NCBI RefSeq assembly: GCF_000008645.1
Contig: NC_000916.1
Coordinates: forward strand, 360,001 to 392,000
Direction: 5' to 3'
Source: Methanothermobacter thermautotrophicus str. Delta H
Lineage (GTDB): Archaea; Methanobacteriota; Methanobacteria; Methanobacteriales; Methanothermobacteraceae
Length of the DNA stretch: 32,000 nucleotides
Part shown: positions 26,332 to 32,000 of the stretch, piece by piece
Position numbering within the stretch: position 1 is the first letter of the stretch
Layout of the letters: the number at the start of each line of letters is the position of its first letter
Translations under genes and position numbers: made by a program
Notes under the pieces: model-generated
Database searches by the model: none
What the model was told of the DNA's origin: nothing
The model's input: only the letters and a program-made list of their open reading frames with translations

Positions 26332-27428
26332 ATGGATGATACAATGAGGAGAACAGGTATTGCAAACCTGCCGCTTCACGGTGGCCATCCCCCGGCCTGG
26401 CTCATGAGGAGGATGATTGAACTCTCAGGGGCCATTACAGAGGTTATAATTGAGGAGTACGGGACCTCAGAGTTCATATCAAGGATATCTGATCCCTTCT
26501 GGTTCCAGGCCTTTTCATGTGTAATAGGCTTTGACTGGCACTCATCAGGGACAACCACCACGACCTGCGGGGCCCTGAAGTCCGCCCTCGACCCTGAGGT
26601 TCACGGGATAATGGTTGCAGGTGGAAAGGGAAGGAAATCCCGCAGGACACCCTCCGAGCTCCAGGCTGCAGCCGAAATCTTCGACCTGGACGCTGAAGGG
26701 CTGGTATACGCAAGCAGGATATCCGCCCGGGTTGATGGTAACTGCATCCAGGACGGCTTCAACCTCTACCAGCACACATTCCTGGTTGACTCCGATGGTG
26801 AATGGGCCGTCGTCCAGCAGGGCCTTGACCCACATGGTGGCTACGCCCGGCGGTACCACTGGCTCGGCTCAGGGGTCGGAGAGTACGTCGAGTCACCCCA
26901 CAGCGGCATCTCCTCTGAGAGGACCCTCAGTGAGGTCCTTGACATGACGTCACCCATCAGCAGGGGGCCCGTGAGACCAGCGTTGACCTGGTCTGTGATG
27001 GCCCGTCTCACATCCGCAGCTATTTAACGGGCCAGAGGACGCTCTTTGACTTCAATGTCCTGGACATGCCAGCCCACCATGAGGTTCTCCCTGTGGACCT
27101 CACAGAGAGGGACATGGCTGTACTGGAGAGGGCCTATGAGATCCAGCCAGCGGACTATGAGGAACTCGTAATGCTCTCAGGGTTCGGGGCCAAAAAGGTG
27201 AGGGCCCTTGCCCTTGTCGCTGACCTCGTCCATGGGGAGAGGGCAAGCTGGAGGGACCCTGTCAAGTACAGCTACGCCCATGGCGGGAAGGATGGCTATC
27301 CATACCCTGTGGACAGGGAGACCTATGACTGTACAGTTGAATACCTCAGGTCCGCAATTGAGGATGCTAAAATCGATAAAAAAGAACGTCTAAGGGCTTT
27401 GAAGTCTCTTAATAGTTTTTTGAGGTAG
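26332..27428 (+). pseudogene. DUF763 family protein gene interrupted by a frameshift in a G5 run
   Basis: The N-terminal part (26332-27027) reads ...GIANLPLHGGHPPAWL...FDWHSSGTTTT..., typical of DUF763 as I recall it. The C-terminal part is in another frame (track ORF 27066-27428), and that frame is already open from 26943. Adding one G to ggggg (26963-26967) gives ...DMTSPISRGARETSVDLVCDGPSHIRSYL...LDMPAHHEV..., a continuous protein of about 365 aa. Confidence 0.7.
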
Positions 27429-27572
27429 ATTGACCTTAATCATGTTCTGTCCACGCTTCGAGGTCCATGCTATCTCCCCTACCTCGGAAGGTTTAACTGC
27501 CTCTTAACCATATTAAACACTGGATTCTGTTACCACAGATTATTCAGCTCTATCACAAAGAGAGGTGTTATT

Positions 27573-28664
27573 TTGGTGCAGGGAGTTCTTGTGATATCAA
27601 ACATGTATCCCAGCAGAAAGGGTAAATCATTTGGTAGTTTCGTTAAGGTCCATGTAGATGCATTCAGACGTCATACATCCATCAAACAGTTTGTGGTTGC
27701 AAACACTGACCAGAGAAAGGGTCTTCCAGTACTCATCAGAAAATACGGGTCCCTGCTCCTCAGGTCCCTCTGGTATTCCATAAGGAAACCCTTTGATGTC
27801 ATCCATGCTCACTATCTATTCCCCACAGGATTCATAGGCCTGCTGTGTCACTGGATAAGTGGCAAACCCCTTGTAGTGACGGTCCATGGCAGTGACGTTA
27901 ATAAACTTGCAAGGAAGAATTCCCTTCTCTCTAAAATTTCAGGCTTCATCCTCAGAAGGACCTCTGCAGTCATCGCTGTCAGCAGAGACCTTGGGGAGAA
28001 GGTCGTGAATGAATTCGGGGTCGACAGGGGGAAGGTGCATGTCATCAACATGGGTGTTGACACAGATATCTTCATGCCACTTGATAGGGATGAATGTCGT
28101 GAAAGACTAGGATTACCCCTAAAGGGAAGGGTGGTCCTCTTTGTTGGGAACATCATACCCTCAAAGGGAGTGTATTACCTCATCGAATCCCTCAAGGACT
28201 TAGAGCTCGATGATGTTAAATGCATAATACTTGGAGCCCCCGTTGATGAGGAGTACCTCAGAACCCTCAGGGGGCTGGCTGAATCCATGGATTCCGATGT
28301 GGAATTTTTTGGACCTGTACCGTACACTGAGGTGCCAACCTGGATGAATGCCGCAGATGTCTTTGTTCTACCATCCCTTGAGGAGGGTTTTGGGCTTGTT
28401 GCACTTGAAGCACTCGCCTGCGGCACCCCTGTCATTGCAACTGCCACAGGCGGCATTATGGAATTTGTCAGGGACTCAGAAACAGGATACACCGTGCCCC
28501 CAGGGGATTCCCGTGCCATTGCTGACAGGATAAAGAGGATACTTGATCCCGAAAACCGGGCTGAGGTTGAGTCCATGAGGGAAAGGGGTATGCGGCTTGC
28601 TGAGTCATTCAGTACCATTAAACAGATAGAAAAGGTACTTGAGGTCTACCGTCAGGTTTCATGA
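27573..28664 (+). CDS. GT4 family glycosyltransferase (GT-B fold)
   Basis: An N-terminal Glyco_trans_4-like region and a C-terminal ...PSLEEGFGLVALEALACGTPVIAT..GG..E signature. An AGAGGTG RBS precedes the TTG/GTG start. Confidence 0.85.
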   Translation: MVQGVLVISNMYPSRKGKSFGSFVKVHVDAFRRHTSIKQFVVANTDQRKGLPVLIRKYGSLLLRSLWYSIRKPFDVIHAHYLFPTGFIGLLCHWISGKPLVVTVHGSDVNKLARKNSLLSKISGFILRRTSAVIAVSRDLGEKVVNEFGVDRGKVHVINMGVDTDIFMPLDRDECRERLGLPLKGRVVLFVGNIIPSKGVYYLIESLKDLELDDVKCIILGAPVDEEYLRTLRGLAESMDSDVEFFGPVPYTEVPTWMNAADVFVLPSLEEGFGLVALEALACGTPVIATATGGIMEFVRDSETGYTVPPGDSRAIADRIKRILDPENRAEVESMRERGMRLAESFSTIKQIEKVLEVYRQVS

Positions 28665-28742
28665 ACTGAAATGGTTATATACAGGACAGACCCCTTTATT
28701 ATTACTTTTAATACAGTCAGGTACATATTAGTAATACTCATC

Positions 28743-28749
28743 TTTTTTT
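28743..28749 (+). terminator. Oligo-T (T7) tract downstream of the glycosyltransferase gene
   Basis: catcTTTTTTTag lies in an AT-rich spacer about 80 nt after the stop at 28664. Confidence 0.4.
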
Positions 28750-28796
28750 AGAAATTATTAAATAATGATTAGACCAACCACTGAACCGGTGATAGC

Positions 28797-30572
28797 TTGG
28801 ATAATCATTACTTCCCATTCACAGCCATCGTTGGACAGGAACTCCTCAAGAAGGCCCTCATCCTCAACGCCATAAACCCATCAATAGGCGGCGTCCTGAT
28901 CAGGGGCGATAAGGGGACAGGTAAATCAACTGCAGTGAGATCACTGAGGGATGTACTCCCTGATAGGAAAATGGTGGAGGGCTGCAGGTTCGGATGCGAC
29001 CCTGATGGAGCAGAAATATGCATGGAGTGCCGCAGAAAACTTGAGGAACAGGGTAGCCTGCCATCAAGACAGGTCAGGATGGAGGTGGTCGACCTCCCTG
29101 TATCCGCAACCGAGGATATGGTTGTGGGTTCACTGGACATAAAGAGGGCCCTCAGGGATGGAATAAAGGCCCTTGAGCCAGGCATACTTGCACGTGCCAA
29201 CGGCAACATCCTCTACATCGATGAGGTCAACCTCCTTGATGACTACATAGTGAACGTCCTCCTCGATGCAGCAGCCATGGGCGTGAATATCATTGAAAGG
29301 GAGGGCATATCCATCCAGCATCCATCAAGGTTCATACTTGCAGGTACAATGAACCCTGAGGAGGGTGATCTCAGACCCCAGATACTTGACAGATTCGGCC
29401 TCAGTGTTGATGTGGAGGCAATAAAGGACCCTGATGAAAGAATTGAAGTCATAAAGCGTGCAATGAAGTTCCAGGAGGATCCAGAGTCCTTCCACTCAAG
29501 GTTCCGGAGGAAACAGGAGGAGCTCAGGGAGAAAATCATCAGGGCACGGAGTTTACTTGAGATGGTCGAGTTGGATGATGAGACCCTGGGCCTCATAGTT
29601 GAGATAGCAGCAGCCCTTGGCATCAGGACCCACAGGGCCGATATCATAACTGCAAGGACCGCGAGGGCACTGGCGGCATTCAACGGCAGGAGGAGGGTCA
29701 CAGGGGATGATGTGATGGAGGCTGCGCTCCTTGCCATGAAGCACAGACTTAGACAGCTACCATTCCAGAGGCAACAGGAACTCAGCCAGGAGATTATAGA
29801 GGACATCATGAATGGCGAATTCGAGGATGACTCAGAGATTGACAGGGAACGGAGGCTGAGGCGTGACCTGAAGATCCCTGACCTGAAGGGATCCCTCCAG
29901 GGTCAGAGCAGTTCAACGGTAACCGGGAGGAGGGGTAAGTATGTCCGCGCCCGGGAGAACCCTGAACCATCCAGCGTGGCCGTTGATGCAACCCTGAGGA
30001 AGGCTGCTTCAGCTGGAACCGGAACCATAGAACCCGAACACCTCATGGAGAAGGTTCGGATCGGGAAATCCAGGGCACTCTACATAATCGTCCTTGACAC
30101 CTCGTCATCAATGAGACTTGAGAGGAAGATAAAATTTGCAAAGACGGTCTCATGGCTGCTCCTGAGGGACTCCTATGAAAAGAGGAACAGGATAGCCCTC
30201 ATAGCCTTCAGGGGATATGAGGCAAACCTGGTGGTTGAGCCCACATCGAATCTTGAGACCGTTGAGGAGGCCCTTGAGGGTCTCAGGTCAGGCGGGAGGA
30301 CACCCCTCACACCGGCACTCAGACTGGCAGCTGAGGTTGCATCATCATCCAGCGATGAGGCATGCACAGCCGTTGTAATATCAGACGGCCGCTGCAACGT
30401 ATTCATCAACTCCAACCTCGAGGAGGACATGAATATGCTTGAAACTGAACTGAGGAACCTGAACCTTTTATTCGTTAATGCAGAACCCGAGAAGAGGAGC
30501 CTGGGTATACTTGAGGACATGGCGTCACGCTTTGGCTCTGAAATCTTCTACCTTGATGATATACTGATCTAG
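28797..30572 (+). CDS. ChlI/BchI-type AAA+ chelatase subunit fused to a ChlD-like VWA domain
   Basis: [40 protein letters not shown] (ChlI signature plus Walker A), a Cys-rich insert CRFGCD...CMEC, Walker B ILYIDEVN, an acidic linker, and a C-terminal VWA with a MIDAS-like LDTSSSM. A GGTGAT RBS precedes the TTG start. Confidence 0.85.
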   Translation: MDNHYFPFTAIVGQELLKKALILNAINPSIGGVLIRGDKGTGKSTAVRSLRDVLPDRKMVEGCRFGCDPDGAEICMECRRKLEEQGSLPSRQVRMEVVDLPVSATEDMVVGSLDIKRALRDGIKALEPGILARANGNILYIDEVNLLDDYIVNVLLDAAAMGVNIIEREGISIQHPSRFILAGTMNPEEGDLRPQILDRFGLSVDVEAIKDPDERIEVIKRAMKFQEDPESFHSRFRRKQEELREKIIRARSLLEMVELDDETLGLIVEIAAALGIRTHRADIITARTARALAAFNGRRRVTGDDVMEAALLAMKHRLRQLPFQRQQELSQEIIEDIMNGEFEDDSEIDRERRLRRDLKIPDLKGSLQGQSSSTVTGRRGKYVRARENPEPSSVAVDATLRKAASAGTGTIEPEHLMEKVRIGKSRALYIIVLDTSSSMRLERKIKFAKTVSWLLLRDSYEKRNRIALIAFRGYEANLVVEPTSNLETVEEALEGLRSGGRTPLTPALRLAAEVASSSSDEACTAVVISDGRCNVFINSNLEEDMNMLETELRNLNLLFVNAEPEKRSLGILEDMASRFGSEIFYLDDILI

Positions 30573-30617
30573 GACTTTGGGAGTTTATGAAAAAACATGA
30601 CACGCATGGAGGTGTGA

Positions 30618-31172
30618 TTGTTGTTTAGATTCAGAGATTTCACAACAGCTGATCTGGCCTTCACGGGCCTCATAATAGCCCTGATGTACATCGTTCAGAC
30701 GGTGACCATCCTTGGTGTTGCAGCCATAACACCTGTGGATGCATTCAAGTCGATTGCATCCGCCTTCTTTGTCTGCATCGTCATAAGCGTTGGACTTGCA
30801 AAGGTGGGAAAGATAGGCACCTTCACCCTGATAGGCCTTGTTAACGGGATAATCTGTGGACTCATAATGCCCGCATTCCTTCCCCTACTACCCGCGACCT
30901 TCCTGGGAGGCCTTGCAGCGGATGCCGCCGTCGGGTTGAAATACGGCGTCTACTCTTCAAGGAATTCCCTTCTAGTGGGCTGTGGTGTTGATAAGTTCAT
31001 CGAGACCCTCGTCATCCTCACGGTTCCCTTCCTCTTCGGGTTCTCCAGCTTCATGCTGGCACCGGCACTGATAATCATATCTGCCATAACAGTATCTGTC
31101 CTTGGAATGCTGGGTGCCCTTGTGGGTTACGGTATCATAAATGAGCTCAGAAGGGCCGGCGCCCTGGATTAA
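30618..31172 (+). CDS. Small polytopic membrane protein, candidate ECF-transporter substrate-capture (S) component
   Basis: The protein is 184 aa with about 5-6 hydrophobic helices, and a GGAGGTG RBS precedes it. Its stop overlaps the CbiQ/EcfT start (TAATG). It lacks the N-terminal MHI.EG motif of CbiM/NikM. The assignment rests on context and topology only. Confidence 0.45.
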   Translation: MLFRFRDFTTADLAFTGLIIALMYIVQTVTILGVAAITPVDAFKSIASAFFVCIVISVGLAKVGKIGTFTLIGLVNGIICGLIMPAFLPLLPATFLGGLAADAAVGLKYGVYSSRNSLLVGCGVDKFIETLVILTVPFLFGFSSFMLAPALIIISAITVSVLGMLGALVGYGIINELRRAGALD

Positions 31173-31930
31173 TGTCTCATGGAGGTCTTTCATTGGACCT
31201 TAAGGCCGTGTTCTCACCATTCACATCAACCCCTGAGGGGTTCCTTGTGGAGGTAAACCCCCTCTCAAAGCTCACTGTGGTGGTATCCGCCACGCTACTG
31301 TCTACATTCATATCAGACCTGACTCTCCTGATAATCATGGGAGTCATTTTCACGGCACTGATAGCCCATTCAGGGTCCCTGAGGTTTGCAGCACCCTTCC
31401 TCTCATTCATCATCCTTTTCTGGCTGGTTTCCCTTGCCATTATCATGGTGCTCTCAGGTAACCCACACACCATGGGATTTCTGAGCCTCTTCTTCGCCCG
31501 TTTCTTCATAATATCAGCGGCAGGACTATCCTTTGCATTCACTACCGAGCCTCAGAAGCTTGCAGAGTCCCTCAGATCCGTCAGAATCCCCGGGGAGATA
31601 GTTTTCACACTCACAGTCGCCCTCAGATACATACCGGCCCTTGCAGTGGAGGCCTCCTCCATATGGGACTCCCTCAAACTCAGGACCAGTCTTTCAGGAT
31701 CTTCCATCATCAGGAGGCCTTCCCTCCTCTACAGGGGACTCATAATACCCATGATAATAAGGACTGTGAAGATTTCAGATGAGGTGGCCATCGCTGCAGA
31801 GACCAGGGGCTTTAACCCTCGTGAAGGTCCCGTAGGGAGTCTCATGTTAAGCGGGAGGGATATCACCTTTTTAGCATTCTTCACTGTTATCTTCGCATCC
31901 CTCGTGATAATGGATGGGGCGGTGGTCTGA
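31172..31930 (+). CDS. cbiQ: ECF transporter transmembrane (T) component, CbiQ/EcfT family
   Basis: The protein is about 250 aa and polytopic. The conserved coupling-helix region ...ALRYIPAL... and ...IAAETRGF... is typical of CbiQ/EcfT. Confidence 0.75.
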   Translation: MSHGGLSLDLKAVFSPFTSTPEGFLVEVNPLSKLTVVVSATLLSTFISDLTLLIIMGVIFTALIAHSGSLRFAAPFLSFIILFWLVSLAIIMVLSGNPHTMGFLSLFFARFFIISAAGLSFAFTTEPQKLAESLRSVRIPGEIVFTLTVALRYIPALAVEASSIWDSLKLRTSLSGSSIIRRPSLLYRGLIIPMIIRTVKISDEVAIAAETRGFNPREGPVGSLMLSGRDITFLAFFTVIFASLVIMDGAVV

Positions 31931-32000
31931 TTGGACGCAATCCTCCTTGATGGTGTGAGCTACCGGTACCCCAATCAGGAGCGGCTGGCCCTCAGGGACG
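31931..32000 (+). CDS. ABC/ECF transporter ATPase (CbiO/EcfA-like), first ~23 codons only
   Basis: A TTG lies immediately after the CbiQ stop. MDAILLDGVSYRYPNQERLALRD matches the usual N-terminal strand of ABC ATPases (I.l.nvsf.Y......aL.d). The gene is truncated by the window end. Confidence 0.55.
   Translation, partial: MDAILLDGVSYRYPNQERLALRD

Noticed and set aside
27456-27490. Bulged 9-bp hairpin cttcgaggt-n16-acctcggaag downstream of the DUF763 gene, as a possible small RNA or tRNA fragment
   Set aside because: It has no cloverleaf potential, no conserved tRNA boxes and no adjacent oligo-T. It is probably just local secondary structure in a 3' UTR or spacer.

Overview
This 32 kb window is about 50% GC and looks like the chromosome of a methanogenic archaeon. 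GGTGAT/GGAGG ribosome-binding sites, TTTATATA-type boxes, oligo-T terminators and the gene order suggest Methanobacteriales, most like Methanothermobacter. That assignment is an inference from memory, not a search.

Layout:
1. 2-7437: a type IV pilus-like locus. It has the 3' part of an A24 prepilin peptidase, then six proteins with class III (prepilin-type) signal peptides, a polytopic membrane protein and a PepSY protein.
2. 7517-12513: housekeeping genes. These are a membrane protein, a Dph6-like PP-loop ATPase, UPF0201, a UPF0200 P-loop kinase, archaeal phosphopantothenate synthetase, an M42 aminopeptidase and small ORFs.
3. 12744-14773: a single-domain KaiC-like ATPase downstream of a REC-PAS response regulator.
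4. 14971-21776: bacterial-type uvrC, divergent from uvrB-uvrA.
5. 22003-26257: a two-component cluster of a membrane histidine kinase, a stand-alone REC, a REC-PAS-PAS-HisKA_2 hybrid kinase and a second REC with the same non-DNA-binding output domain as in block 3.
6. 26332-28664: a frameshifted DUF763 gene and a GT4 glycosyltransferase.
7. 28797-32000: a ChlI-VWA chelatase fusion, then an ECF-type transporter (S-like component, CbiQ/EcfT, start of the ATPase).

I recognised no rRNA, tRNA, CRISPR array, transposase or integrase.

Observations most worth a second look:
- the uncharacterised pilus locus, which has two leader-peptide classes and an in-frame TGA in one pilin-like gene
- a 48-nt exact inverted repeat shared by the two paralogous response regulators, bracketing about 10.9 kb
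- loss of all four Cys in one copy of their shared output domain
- an apparent compensated frameshift that removes a zinc-ligand Cys in UvrA
- a G-run frameshift in DUF763
- the chelatase-ECF linkage

All family assignments rest on motif recognition by eye. No database search was run.
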